Part shown: one piece after another, positions 1 through 13,874 of the stretch | How the letters are laid out: each line of letters begins with the position of its first letter | How positions within the stretch are numbered: the first letter of the stretch is position 1 | Origin: Pecten maximus | Taxonomy: Eukaryota | DNA length: 64,000 bases | NCBI RefSeq assembly: GCF_902652985.1 | Contig: NC_047033.1 | Location: 17,918,001-17,982,000, forward strand | Direction of reading: 5' to 3' | Position numbers and translations under genes: made by a program | Notes under the pieces: generated by a model | Databases searched by the model: none | What the model was told of the DNA's origin: nothing | What the model saw: the letters and a program-made list of their open reading frames with translations, nothing else

Positions 1-3000
1 TTGTCGGGAGAGAAAGCCATCACTGTCCTGTTCGGAAATGTTACTACTAAACGTAACATGCCACCTGATTCCAATGACTTTCTCAGTTGATACTTCGATC
101 CAGTGATAACGACTCCTGATGTTGATATCACTAAACGCTTCCGCCATGGACGCGTATCTGCATACCACCGGACACTGGTCTTCTTATCTTCAGTATTCAT
201 CACACCGTATGATCCTAGATATATTCTTAGAATATTTTGAAACCCCGATGAGGAAATCATCTTCCATATCCAGTGAGCATTTCCTTGAAAATGACTCTGG
301 TTATTAACGGATATATCATTCAGAAGCTGGGCAGTCACGTGCTCCTCAATATCTATGAACACACTATCAAGTTCTCCCGTCTCGTTTCCGCCTAAAACCA
401 GGCGAATTTTGTTGCCAGCAAGAACACTAGCGCGAAGTTTGTTTTCGGATCCGTCAAGAGAATCGCCATTTTGGTTATGCGAGGAGACAGCTGACCAACA
501 CATATCTGTAAACCAGTCTACACCTTTATCTGCATTGGTGTGTGATGCTTTGCCTTTCCCTATAGCCCATCTCATTTTATCGGATGTACCATCAGAGCTA
601 TAGATGCTGTACGTCCATTTATGATTGATTGTTGAAAACATGCGATAAAATGTATTGTTCGATGACATCTGTTGAACACTGCTTACATGTCGCAGAATTT
701 GTGAACTGATTACGCCGTTTCTGAAAACGATTTGGTCTAAAACAGGCGAAGATAACAAGTTACCAGCAAAGATGCGGACTTCAGCGCCATGAACAATAGC
801 TGACTCAAGTTTAGGAAAAGAACCACAGGTTTTGTAACCTTCTTTGTCGTTGCAGTAGATTGGATAGTTTTCCAGATGTTGACAGTCATCTCTGAAATAT
901 TGAAATGCGCACGAATTAGAGCAAATGTGCGCTTGAAAGAGTGAGAACCACAAATCTCAATGAGCAACATGTCAAAATCCTCGTAACAAAACGTTCTCTT
1001 TTGTCAGTTATCAGTTTTATATATGTTTTACTTACATCTCGTTAACTTCAACATTTTCTATATTATTATTCAATCTTAAATAGAAAATAAAGATGCATGC
1101 CATTGCTAACTCCCAGATGTATGTTCATCCAAAAGTTTAGTTTAATCATCCTTTTCTAAGTAAAATGTAAACATTGCAAAATTTACCTAGAAATTGTCAT
1201 GGACAATTTGACGGGCTTTTCACACCTTTGACAAACTTAAGGGAGCATTTACCTTGATGACCTTGAATGTAGGTAAAGGTCATTCATTTAAACAAACTTG
1301 TTAGACCGTCATTCAAGCATGCTACAGGCCCAATATCAACTCCCTGGGCATCTTGGTTATTGAAAAGATGTCATTTAAAGATTTAGTAATGATTGCGCAA
1401 TCATGGAAATTTTCAAAATGGCGTACAACCTAAACCGGAAGTGCTAAAGAAAAATTGGAATTACCAAAATCATCAGAATGACATACTGCATCGATCAATA
1501 TAAAACAATTAAAAAAATGAAAAAGTTGGAAATTTGGTGACCTTTGACCTCATAGTGAACTTTTTTATTTTACCTCTGACTTTAAAACTGGTAGGAAATA
1601 AAAAATTAGCCCTAGCCATTATTTACAATTAATATAATTACATGACCTCTGGAAAATGAATAGTTTATAGCCATTTTAAACTTTTCAATACATAACGTCA
1701 TGGTGGCCATATTGGATTTCGGACCGAGCCGATGATAACAAAACTAGGTAGCCCTTTATCCCAGTATGCTACAGGCCAAACATCAAGTCCCTGGAACACT
1801 TGGTTATTGAGGAGAGATCATTTAAAATTTTAGACTATTTGACCCTTTGTGATCTTGAATGTAGGTCAAGGTCAATCATTATAAAAAAAACTTGGTAGCC
1901 CTTTACCCATGCATGCTACAGACTAAATATCGAGTCCCTGGGCCTCTTGGTTATTGAGAAGATGTTGTTTAAAGATTTAGCAATAATTGCACAATCATTT
2001 GTCAAAAATCTTGAAAAATGACTAAGAATAGACGAACTTGACGCCTTTGCGAGCTTTTTAATTAGGCATATTTCGTTTTATCATGGCATGGCAAAACGTA
2101 AGCCCCTAACATATTCTACAAATAATATAATTGCATGAACCCTGTAGATTCAACAGTTTTCGAGTTATGGCCATTTAAAACTTTTTATGTATGACGTCTT
2201 AGCGGCCATATTGGATTCTTGACCTTCTTGTTAATCATTAGTTCACTCCTTTGACACATGTCATACAATATATTGAAAATATTATACCTCTTACCATTGT
2301 GGATCGAATCGTTCTGAAAAATAGAGTGCAGAAGAAGAAGAAAATAATAATAAACAGAACAAAAACAATAGGTCTTTTCACCATTTGGTGAAAAGCCCTA
2401 ATTATCAATCTGAAATCCATATTGTGGAATGCTCCATTTTTATTCCATTGTTATCAGGGAAAGAGGTTTAAAGTAACCAAGGCCTTTATATTAACATGTA
2501 TATGTTCCTACTAATGGTGAAAATTGTCAAACGCAATCACAATGTTACATTGAAAATAAGAAGCATGCTTTAATGTGTTTGTTTATTACTTGTGTTATAC
2601 AGATATATTTGAAGTAGTCTGATTATTTGCAGGCATGAATGTTGTTAAGGATCAACTTTTCTGAGGTTTCAGTCACGTTGAAGTCTCGTTTCGATCTTGC
2701 ATAAAACGTTTTTGTAATATATAACTAAAAATGGCTATATTATAGCAAGATTGCATCTCAAAAATGTGTCAAATTTTTATACTTATGTAAATAGATTTGT
2801 TTTTAGATTTTCAAAAAAAAGGTCCATTTGACGGTCAATTTGAAAATTGCGATTTCTGGCATTTTGTGCAAGGCTTCCCTTTCACATGTTTTGATTTAAC
2901 TATTTTTCACTAAACCATCATTACGTTGGCAATTTCGAATGTTTCTAATTCATTTTTGCTGTGAAACCTTTTGCAATTTTCAATACAATAAAAATAGTAT

Positions 3001-6000
3001 ACAACAAAGAGGGAAATTACATAGGTTTTGCATGTTAGTTTCACACTTTAGTGAAACTGGAACACTTAAAAATCTTTTCCCTAAAAACTGAAAAATAACA
3101 CATTAGCCCATGACAAAAAAATGTGCACTGACCCCACATTTCTGTATCTGTTTTAGAAAGAAAACCATTTCCCCATTTTATCTGCAAAGTACCGTAAAAG
3201 GTTTGTCCGCAGAACTTTTTATATTAACAATTAAATCTAGAAAAAATGGTGAAAAATTGGGTATTTTATATAAATTGCTATTCTGATTAAAAATAATTTA
3301 ACTTCTAAATTTCAAAAAGAATATGCTAGTTTTGTCAATTCCAAGAACATTCATACTTACCTGATGATACATTTTTAAGATATTGCTTTGATCTGTTGTG
3401 TGTATTGTCAAAATAGCAGATTTCACGTAAAATCACATGTAATGTCAATTTCTAATCTTTTATTAACAATAGCTCAAATACAGGCACACCGACATATGAT
3501 TTTGTTTTTCTTTTTTCTATGTCTCTGAACTCTCCCCTTTGAAATGAAGTATAACGATTTAAAAAATAGTCATCAGAAAATTTTGACATTTCACTAGAGC
3601 AGTCCTTAAAGAGGAAGTCTTTTACTGAGTGGTTGAATAATAAGGGTTGATTATACGTTGTAGCCCCTAATCTGTAAAATATTTGTAATCAGTGATGTCT
3701 GTTGCCCTAGGCAAAATAACAAAAGTATATTTGTAATCTTCATTTGGCACCTTAGATACAGTAATATATAAATACGTATTGCCGATTAGCTTGTAGTAAT
3801 AATAATAATAAAATAAACATGCATGCTTATTTGCTTTCTTCGTCGAATCTTCACGAGTATGTTTTATGTTTTATGTAGAATTTGATCAACGTTGGAGAGT
3901 GTTCATGTTTCGACCAAATGGATTTTGATTTTAGGTGGGTGCGTAGAATGAAAGAAGAAAGGAAAAGTCCCTCACTATGTTGGGATGGGGAGTAGTGGTA
4001 AAAGTATGTGTTACCATCGTAGGGAAGGTCCTACCTGATGAACCATTTCATTCCAATAACTCCGGCATCATCTGGATTGCTAGGTCCGGAAAGGCCTCCA
4101 AGATAAATCCTAGTGGTGTGATAAAACCCGGATGTACAGAACATATAAAACACACGTGTTAGTTTCTCAGAAAAAAATTTCCAGTCTTTCTTTGCCACAT
4201 TGAACAGTGACTGTGAACAAGCAACACCTTTATCAGTCTTAACAATTGTCACATCAAGGTTGAAGGTCTGATTCCAGGATGGCACATACACCCGTACGAC
4301 GGAAGCTGATTGGAAAGCAGATATCAGGATATCTTCCCGTCCAGAAACTATTCTTCCGATGTCATCCGTCTCAAAAATAAGATTCCATTGATTGACCAAT
4401 TTCTCTGTAAACAACAGATATACAATACATTAGTGATAGTTGTATTCACCTGATTATCAACGTTTATCATGAAAATGTCGTTACTGCAAAGTTAAAAGCA
4501 AACAGAGAAAATGACAAGCAATTGAAACCATAATTCTAAGTCGAATTTGATAAAAACAAACCACGCAGAAATGTGCCATTTGTATAATACAATCCTGAAG
4601 ACCTTCCATTCGAATTAATCGTTTTTTTTTATATATATATTTTGCGATCGCTTGTCGATTTTTGCTAGAAATACGGTTCGGGTTTTTATGTCAATATTTT
4701 TTGTTTATACAAGAAACAAGGGGTAAAATGTACTGTTACAATGACAGGAATTCAAACAGAAGACAATAAAATGCAGGTAAGGTTTCGGTCATAAGGTTTG
4801 TCGGAATGTTACAATCCCCGATACCTAACAGGAGGGCTTCTACTCACCGACTTCACGTTCTCACTTTTCCAACAGTTTCGTTCCAGGTTTAATACATATT
4901 CAATCAGTTTTCTACAAATACTTTGAAATGGACCTCGGACAATTAACTAGTTATCATAGAAAAAATAAAATTACCGCAAAAATAATAATGTAATAATAAA
5001 AAAAAGATAAGATATTCTTTTGATAAGTTATATAATTAGTGGTGCACATGTGCTACAGTTTTCGTACAAACAAATTGTTTGAGAGTACGGTAAGTGTTTG
5101 TCTATTTAAATGTTGTTGTCAGTTATGATATCTGTATTTCTTATGTGTTGTATTAAATTTTGGAAATGAGCCCATATACCATAGGTTATAAAGGGCATTA
5201 ATCTCCATATAGCACAAGGAAACATTTTGTAATTAAAATCATAATGAGGTCCTGTAAGATTTTAATCACGATCGGTAGTGCATGTAACGTAGTGAGAATG
5301 ACCATCTAGATTTTAATTAGATTGGGTAAGATGACAACAAGTATTGTAATAAAGACACACAGGCAGGGCATTGACAACTTTCAAAACAAATCGAGGGTTT
5401 GGTACAACTGTCGTGTTTCATCGATTTACGATTAGTTTAGGAGTTGTCACCCTTGTTACAAGTTTCAAGTTTTCACAGAATGGATTTTACAGAATGGATT
5501 TCACAGAAAGGATTTCAGAAATAATGTTCAGTTGAAAAAAAATATGACGCCTGTACTGCAAACATTGCCAAAATCTATGAATTTCTGAGGGGAACTAAGC
5601 CCCGAACAGAATAGGTATATTCCCCTTTCTATGATATTTTCAATTTATAACAGTGTTTGTTGATATGATTTCATCTATTTTGCTATGACCTATAGCCGGA
5701 TGTATGATCTTTAAATCAGGATATTATCAAACAGGCATATGGTAGTATGACCCAAAGCAGAATACTAATGTGACATTTGGTATAGACTATGCATGTTTAT
5801 ATTAAGGACAAATCCATTTCGTAGTTTTATATAGGGTGTTTTGGAACCTCGTTTTTTTTTAAAGCATTTATTCATGCAAAGTTCTAAATGTTGATGCTTA
5901 TTTTCAAAACACTTGTTTGCTTTCTATCTCAGTGTTCTACCTTCTAACTACACCCAAATGGAAATACACTTCATCATGAAGCTGGTTTGTACTAATGTTG

Positions 6001-9000
6001 CCAGGGACCTAAAGTGGACATAGGAGGCGACCAAAGATAAAAAGTCAAAAACAATGTCAGACTCAGGAAGCGTATGTACAAAATTGACACATGATATCAA
6101 TAAATTAAATAATTTTCAGGATTTTGATTTTAGAAGATGTATATATTCTGAACCGTGTCAATGTTACAATGATTTAAAACATGATAACCAGACTTCGATT
6201 AACGTCGGGACTGAACAAGGAAAATGTCCAGGAGTGTTTTTGGTCAGTTTAAGAAATGAATGGAGAAAGCAAATACAATTCTGTACAATAACGGTATAAG
6301 ATGCATTTACTAGAATGGCTGTCTTTACGCAATATCTATACCCATACAGAGCTACGGTTACTGATACTCATCCTGCTCGAAATATGATACTATTATGAAT
6401 ACGCTATCATTCTGTGGAATTCGTATATGATACATTTTATCAAAAGATTAATACTTTATACAAATGTCATGTTCTTACTATCAATTTATGTTTATTTCAA
6501 ACCAAATAAGCATTATCATAACGCATGCGACGAAAGATATCTATATTTCGGTTTTGTCAAGAAGGAAAATCTTGAAATAGATTCAACTAGCCGTTTTATC
6601 CCGCCGTTATTGCTTTAACGTTTTGTCGAGCATTTATACCATAAAATCAACCTCTACAGTAAAAGTATTTGTCAGTTATGATTTGTCGTTTCGGTTAATC
6701 ACATATACATACCTGACTGAGTACAGTATGCAGTTCCATTAGAAAGAATAGCGCATCTGGTGGACCCGGAACACAAATGTCCAATACAGGGTGATATCAG
6801 CTCCTGTAGTAGAACATTAAATTTGGTTGATATTTTCCTTTATATTTATTTCATTTTGATGTAGTTGCATTATATTTAGCTGATGTTATGTTATGTTCCA
6901 TTAACAAAAAAAATATTTATTCAAAATTGACCATGAAATGTATGGAATTATTGTGGTATACGTTAAATATATATAAATCAACATCATTAGAAAGTTGAAC
7001 GAAATAAATCAATGGCAAATGCGAAAAATGAAAATCTTCAAATGGAAACACTTCATAAACCAACTGACGTGCAAATCTAGATCAAATCCGGGTCATATCA
7101 CGTTCTCAAAAAGATAGCTAAGGTACAACGGCACTATCAGATATATAACTAAGCATCTAACACGTCTGACTTGATATCGGAAATAGAAACATATAAAATA
7201 TAGATGTTCCCCAACGAGTGGAGATTGTTTATCATTTTTATCCAACTCGAGTTATTTAATTTTCTAATTTTGAAAAGACACGAGCTTTAGCGAGAGTTGA
7301 ATAAAATGATAAACAATCGTCACGAGTTGGGGAACTTTTTTTTTTATCCCAAAACTGTTTTACTTACAAATGTAAGCTTGTCAAGTTCAAATTCTCCCAA
7401 CGTGGCAACTAAATTATGTGAACTGAATGACTACGCGACAAAATATATTTCGTTATGAATGAAAGCTTATCATCTATTTCACATGCACGACTCATATCTT
7501 CTGTACTATTTTTGTAAAAGATATAATTTTACAAAGAGAAATATTAGTTGGACAATCCTTGTGTCTGTGTGATTTATTAATAGGTTACTTGTTTAAATGA
7601 CTCTCCTCAAATATATTCGAAGACGACACCGTCATCGCGAAGTCGAACGTCACCACTGAATATTAGACTAATCATTGTCAGATACAATTATCGATCCTTT
7701 CCTGGATTTCATAGGTAGCTATTACACGGTATTGTGATGTTAAATGTTCATTCTGAGATTTATTCATTCAAGACACCGTGCATTCTAACAAATATTTCGG
7801 AAACCGAGCTGGAGTACAGAGCAATACAGTATGTATTTCACGTTTGTCAGTGTGTTAACACGAAATCTCATCAGTTTACTGACACGAGACAAATGTTCCA
7901 AAATGATTTTTATATTTTTGGGTTTGGATTTTATATTCGTAATAAAGGTAAGTGGAATGATAAGAAAGTGTTTATTTCTTGATTTTTTTCCCCTGTTGGT
8001 AAATAGGCTATCCGTACCGAACAACACCGAACTGTAGCTATCACTGCCTACGTTAGATGGCTATTGGGGTCCATTGCATATCGAGAATCAAAAGGGAGGT
8101 GGGTGTCAGTTTTTGGTTGGCAATATCCCGCTTCCGTGCGTCGTATCTTACGACTCAAACCCCTGATTAATCGACATTTCCATGTGGACATCCCTCTCAC
8201 CCAGTTATGCTTATGTTGACCAACGGCAATTAAACCACACGTGTCCATGTTGATCTTTTTGAAGACAGATAACAAAAAAGAATAAGTGAGAGCAGTAAAA
8301 ATAGTCCGTGGTCATGATCAAAGGCCAGAGGTTAGCCAATCAGATTTGTTGTGGGTCACAAATGACCAATCGGAGGCTTAGAAAGATGTTACACACCGCG
8401 GTGTGTAAACAAAAACAATAACACACTGCTACGAATTTTATCACGTGCCATATTAGTGGTGATACAAGCGTTGTTATGGGATAAATAATATTTCTAAATG
8501 AGAGCATCATGTTGACGAAAAACAAAAACGTTCCGATGATCTTCATCAACCTACATTTCTCGAAAATTGTTTTGTTAGTTTTTCATTATATCTTTGAAAG
8601 TGAATGTTGCAAGTAAATTGTAAAATTACTGTAATAACGAAATCGAGTTAAGTATTTCTGTTCTATCGGTTAATGCATAAGAAAACGACAATAGCGAACT
8701 GCTTGACTACAAGCAAGAGACGCTTAGAGAACAAGTACCTTAGACCATTGGTTAGTGTAGGCCATGACGTAGCTCGAATCTTCTTCCTCGAAGCTTGAGT
8801 CTGCCGAATCAATTTCAAACAGTCTACACTCTAAAGACCGCCGCTGGTAGCTCATGACAGTACAGGCTTGTAATGATAAACATTGTCTGGCACATTCCAG
8901 AAGAGAAATTCCAAACAACACTTCCACAGGGGTGACACAACATATCGTCTTACCGAAAACTATCCGACGAAAGTCCGTTAATATAGAGGAATCAGTTAGT

Positions 9001-9077
9001 ATTGTACCACTAGAAACAGTGACTGATACTTCCAAAAGTAAGTTGATTGTGAAATGGAGAATTTTTTGAAGATCCAT
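1..9077 (-). CDS. Spliced secreted protein: signal peptide + PAN/Apple domain + Cys-rich linker + >=4 copies of an unnamed ~125-aa repeat (3' end outside window)
   Basis: Exons 9077-8739 (MDLQKILHF...ECARQCLSLQACTVMSY...ECRL...QWSK, phase 0), 6803-6713 (ELISPCIGHLCSGSTRCAILSNGTAYCTQS, phase 1), 4404-4035 (phase 2) and 891-<1 (open frame RDDCQHLENYPIYC...MAFSPD, missed by the ORF track). All junctions are GT-AG and phase-compatible. PAN called from the C-x3-C-x5-C...C spacing. Confidence 0.8.
1230..2000 (-). mobile_element. Degenerate Helentron-associated (HINE-like) element with internal tandem units
   Basis: Three copies of atgctacaggcc(c)aa...tccctggg...cttggttattga, the reverse complement of the internal units of the 27760-28333 element. 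Boundaries approximate. Confidence 0.55.
2295..2403 (-). mobile_element. Terminus of a second Helentron/HINE-like element
   Basis: Palindrome cttttcacca-tt-tggtgaaaag next to (gaa)n/(aat)n microsatellites, the usual layout of these termini. Confidence 0.4.
7206..7335. repeat. Long imperfect inverted repeat, Crypton-type non-autonomous terminus
   Basis: gttccccaacgagtg...attgtttatcatttt paired with aaaatgataaacaat...cacgagttggggaac. Confidence 0.5.
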
Positions 9078-9882
9078 TTTAAAGCGGCCCGTCTGCGAAC
9101 AACAATTGTTGCCAGATCGAAAGTTTTCACAAATGTTACGACACCAATAACTGATTGCTGGTTCAAGAAGTAGGTACCCGGAAACAGAATGTAACCAATG
9201 AGAATTGAGGGAGGCTCCAACCGTTCACTTCCGTTTAGTTTGTGTCAATGTATACACGTGTCAACATGCTAATTTATAGCATTAAATGGCACTAAGACAC
9301 ACCATTCTGATATTTTAATATTTAGAACTTGTACTTTGGAACGAGGCTTATCAGTCTAAAACTCACACGATACCTACCGCAGTCAATAATTCCGAACACA
9401 GTGGTACGATGTTATTGTAAACTTTAAATAAATTAACGCTTTTCGGTACATAATTTATTTGCTCTCTACCGCTTTTAGAATGTAAACACGCTTTTAGAAT
9501 GTTATTATATTAACTCTTATACTAAGTGGTCTAACTAATGACACCAGGGTCATTTAGAATGTATGCATATTTAATTTGTTATATAATGGGCTTACTGAGG
9601 ACTCGAAGGAGATGAATTATTAGTCAAACAAGTACGGTATTTTACCAGATCTAAACAGGGTGTCGTGAGGTCAAACTTATGTACAGGGTATGTAATATAT
9701 TAACAGGTCACTCTGTGAGTCAGAGAAACATGGACTTTATAAAAAGGTGGTTTTATTAATTTTGTTTTTTTTTTTTTGCAGATGGTCTTCGTATAGAGGT
9801 TCTGTAAATGAATTGGTTTTGATAGAAAGTGCAGGAGGTGTTCTTAAACAGGTTATTTGTCATATAAAGTAGCTTTTATATA

Positions 9883-10774
9883 CAGTCGAACCCGGTTATA
9901 TTGAAATGCTCGGGGAATGGAAAAATACTTCAAATTAACCGGTTTTCATTATAATCGGGATCCAGCCTAGCTTTTGCTGACATATTTCAGGCGCTACGTC
10001 AAACAACACACCATTGTTCAATATAGTGGATTTTGCTTAGTCAGTATTTACAATCGATTCCGAAAGGGTAATAGTTTCACAGTTTATTAAAAATAATGTT
10101 AAGTTCGACGGGAGAAGTCTTCGACCGTTGCTTGTTTTTGTTTATGTTGAGTTCGCGGACACGCGTGAGAACAGTTTCCGGTACATCCGGGCTACTTTCC
10201 AAGAAACTACCGTCTGAAATCGGACATGTGCGTCGATGATAGATGATTTTCACGAATTGTTTGAGGGTCGTTGTCAATATCACTGTTCTGGTTATGGCCT
10301 CGTCATTTGTAACTGTCTCGCGTGTATTTAAATGAGAGTCAATTTCGATGTATATATGTAACAGGAGCCAACAAATGCTGTGTCCCTCAAGGTATATTCG
10401 TAAACAAATCCAGATTCATACTCATACCGAACGCATTTAATGATTAAAAGTCACAATTTACATGTATTTGTATTGTGTAAATCAGAATTTCATTTTTACC
10501 TATCTGTTGATCGGACGCACGTACCGTAACGGCCGGTAATTATATTATTTGAGCCAGTCGTGGCGACTTTCAATTTAAGCGATACATAACAATGGTTTAG
10601 CATTGCCAGGGGCAATCATTTCCTTTCAAATAAATCGATACTTCAAATAAACCGATTTCAAAATAACCGATGAAACAATACAAAGACAAAGAAGGCATTT
10701 GGACGGGGATTTTATTTCACTTCAAATTAAACGATATTTCAATATATCCAATTTAAATTAAGTGGGTTCGACTG
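9883..10774 (-). mobile_element. pogo/Tigger-family (Tc1/mariner) deletion derivative
   Basis: TIR CAGTCGAACCC / GGGTTCGACTG, TA on both sides. The minus strand keeps a Tigger-like C-terminal remnant (IEIDSHLNTRETVTNDEAI). Confidence 0.8.
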
Positions 10775-12212
10775 TACTTGTTCGACTTGTGCTTTCTTGA
10801 TACTGGTTACCTTCATTGTAATGTAAAACCTGTGGCAGGTTCCAAAGTTGGTATTACTCGCAACAATGAGGTACTGAATCGATATATTGAACAAGAAGAG
10901 TAGTGTTGTGGCAGTTTTATATTGAGTTGTTTCATGCTGAATGCTCTTCTTTTCAGTATCAATCAGATATCTCAGTATGGTAGATAGACTTATCAACATA
11001 AGGGAGGTCCCTAAGTATGCTGCACACATTTGATATTTGATAGAGATCTACATGTAGTTATTCTTCGTACAAAAAGGGATAGGAAATTTGTATACCATCC
11101 TTGACAACCGGTATCTAGGAAAACTCTGTATCACTGGATGTGTCTCACTTGCTAATCATCTCTTAATCATACAATGAGTATCTTGTTGCGCTGTATAAGA
11201 GTTTAAGGTCTAGATATATTTTTTTTCTTCTTTTTTCCCCCTTTAAAAACAACACTTTGTTCTACATTGCTCAAATTTTCTCTCATATCTCGCCATGTTG
11301 GATAGAGTTTTCCCATGTAAGATAGCTATGTAAGATAAATCTATCTTACATAGCATTTCACCCTCGGGATCACAAAATGTGGTAAAACCCTCGGCAAGCC
11401 TCGGGTTACATTTTGTGACCCCTCGGGTGGAATATCCCTATCCTACATATACACATATGAAAGAGTCTTATAATCTTACATATCCTTCATACTGTATATG
11501 CTATCTTACATGTTACACTCCTATCCCGGACACTGCATAATATCAACGTCATTGATTATATATTATATCACAATCGTGTTATTAACATAGGTCTTACGAT
11601 ATTGATAGCATGACAGTAGCACAGTGTGCTATATTTTATGCATACTGTGCTATTTTTCGTCATACTATTTAATATATAGAACATGATATATAACATGTAG
11701 GATCTATTGTTTTATATTATGTACATCGTTATGCTATTTTTTCCTACGTATTTCGTTTATTCTTCATACATTGCATACATTTGCTCATAAATTATACAAA
11801 ACACGTTACAATCACCAAACATTTTGCATATTCTCAAAACCGTGACTACATCGGATAGTAAAGCCAGAATAAGTTGTGCAGAAACGAAAATATATATTAA
11901 AATGATTTGAATCCAAATAAATAAGAAGAAAGTATTTATATATAGCAACATGAACATAACAGGAAAATTATACAACCGTATCGGTACAAAGTGATAATGA
12001 ACAAAGAAACCAAGGGGCACCAAATGTCATTAGTACGTTTTTTTGTATATATATAAATCATAACTATTCTTAAAATCATATCAAACCATTTTCTTCGAAC
12101 ATATGCACGAAATACACATCTTTGTCTTAGTTATTTTGTGCTAACATGATTGTGTTACGACCAAGCATTTTCTTTCAACCGTTTTCGTAATCGTTTCTAC
12201 TGTATACATAAA

Positions 12213-12739
12213 CTAGCATGTTCCTCCTCGTCGACTTTTTTTTTCTCCGCGAAAGCATAGTTCCTCATCCTCAGACGATAATTTCGCATCCCTCTCAAAA
12301 CCAATTAATGACTGGATTAGTCCGATATCACTTAGGTTCACTACGTGCTCGTCCAGATTAATCCTTTCATGTGCCATTTGTTGGTGCACAACTATAGCTT
12401 CATCGAGTACGTGAGAACCATGTCTACCCCCAAACCGTTGTTCCGTGTTTGATTTTGAAAGAGGAGTACCTCTACTACCGCTCCCGTCATAAAAGTATCG
12501 TATGAACTAGACGGAATTCTTAGATGTCCATAACTCCGTATTTTCACCACGACTGCCTCCTCATTATCCTCTTTTGATTCAAAATTGACGTTGTCGATTC
12601 CACAAACGATCTTTAACAAAGCCCCCTCCTTGTCGTTTTTGAGATACACTTTGTTGTTCATGGCGGAGTTTCAAATTTCGACATTGTTTGGTGCAAGTGT
12701 ACGAACACACGTTTTCTCATATGGATCACTCTCTGTACC
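12213..12739 (-). pseudogene. Disabled terminal exon of an unidentified gene
   Basis: Acceptor ttttgtag|GGT at 12739. Frame GTESDPYEKTCVRTLAPNNVEI* (TGA 12673-12671) continues in frame into ORF 12392..12661, then apparently frameshifts to EAIVVHQQ...GGTC*. No family recognised. Confidence 0.35.
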
Positions 12740-13874
12740 CTACAAAACAAAATCAAAAATATTCGTTTACGATGCCTGGTTTCAAAATTGATTCTACAAG
12801 ATTGCCTCGTAAGCTTCTGGTAAATCTTGATTTGAACTGTTAGAATTAAAACTCAAAAAGTAATGAAATGGATCCAAAGATAAATCAAATACGAAGTTGA
12901 TCATACACGTTTGTTTAGACGAATTAAGATAACATTACCTACCTTTATATTAATATATATTAAACGTAACACATTGTACAGGGTACAATGTATCGGTGTT
13001 ATAACTGAACATGCTCACAACTTACGTTGCTCCAATCTGACATTTTCCGACAAGGTAAAACTTACTTTGCCTTGACGGACACTCGACCTTGATGTTTTTT
13101 GGGCCCAAGATGCCGTTTAAATTTGATTTAGGCAATACCTAATCTTGGCAGTTTCATGGCGCATGACTTCTGCTTTCGGTGTTGTATGTTAACACATATG
13201 ATACTTGTTTAAAACAATTCATCTCTGCATATTGCCTAAAAACAATTTTAATCTAAGTACATAGATAGCATTGCACACAAAGCCGTTAGTGATTAAAGGG
13301 GTATGTGACTTGTATAATTAAAGTAGCACCTTTGTGAAAACAGGCATCTTTCAACAAACTGTATACATTGAACGTGTTGAAGTCGATTTATTTCAGACAT
13401 TCAACAATAAAATAATACTTGAGAGATAACACAACCCTGTCACATGATTTTATTTTGATCATTCAAGGTTTGGCAATGTTTGGGCCACGGCTTATAATTT
13501 AGCAAACATCAACTGTGTTTGGTTGGTTACCATTTACTCGGGCAGCCAACAGATAACTGACAAATTGGTTGGTATGCTACCAACAGATAATTATTAACAA
13601 AATCGGTTGGTTACCAACTAGTTCACCAACAAATAATTTGCCTTTGCACCTGTTTTTCACAAATAAAGTTTAGTTCAATGCAGTGTTTCCAGTTCAAAAT
13701 TTCTCAAGATTGGTCGGTTACCAACTAGGGTACCAACAGATAACTTGCACAGTTGTCGCCAAATAAAGTTAAGCTCAATTTCACAGTTTACATTTCCAAT
13801 ACTTGTGTTCAGATGAGATGACAAACCGTAAATTACATTACTTTAAAATGTTTCAACCAAGGCCTGGGTACAGC

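Noticed and set aside
2649-3605. Kolobok-like element with TTAA TSD
   Set aside because: TTAA flanks are present but the terminal inverted match is only ~3 bp; insufficient support.
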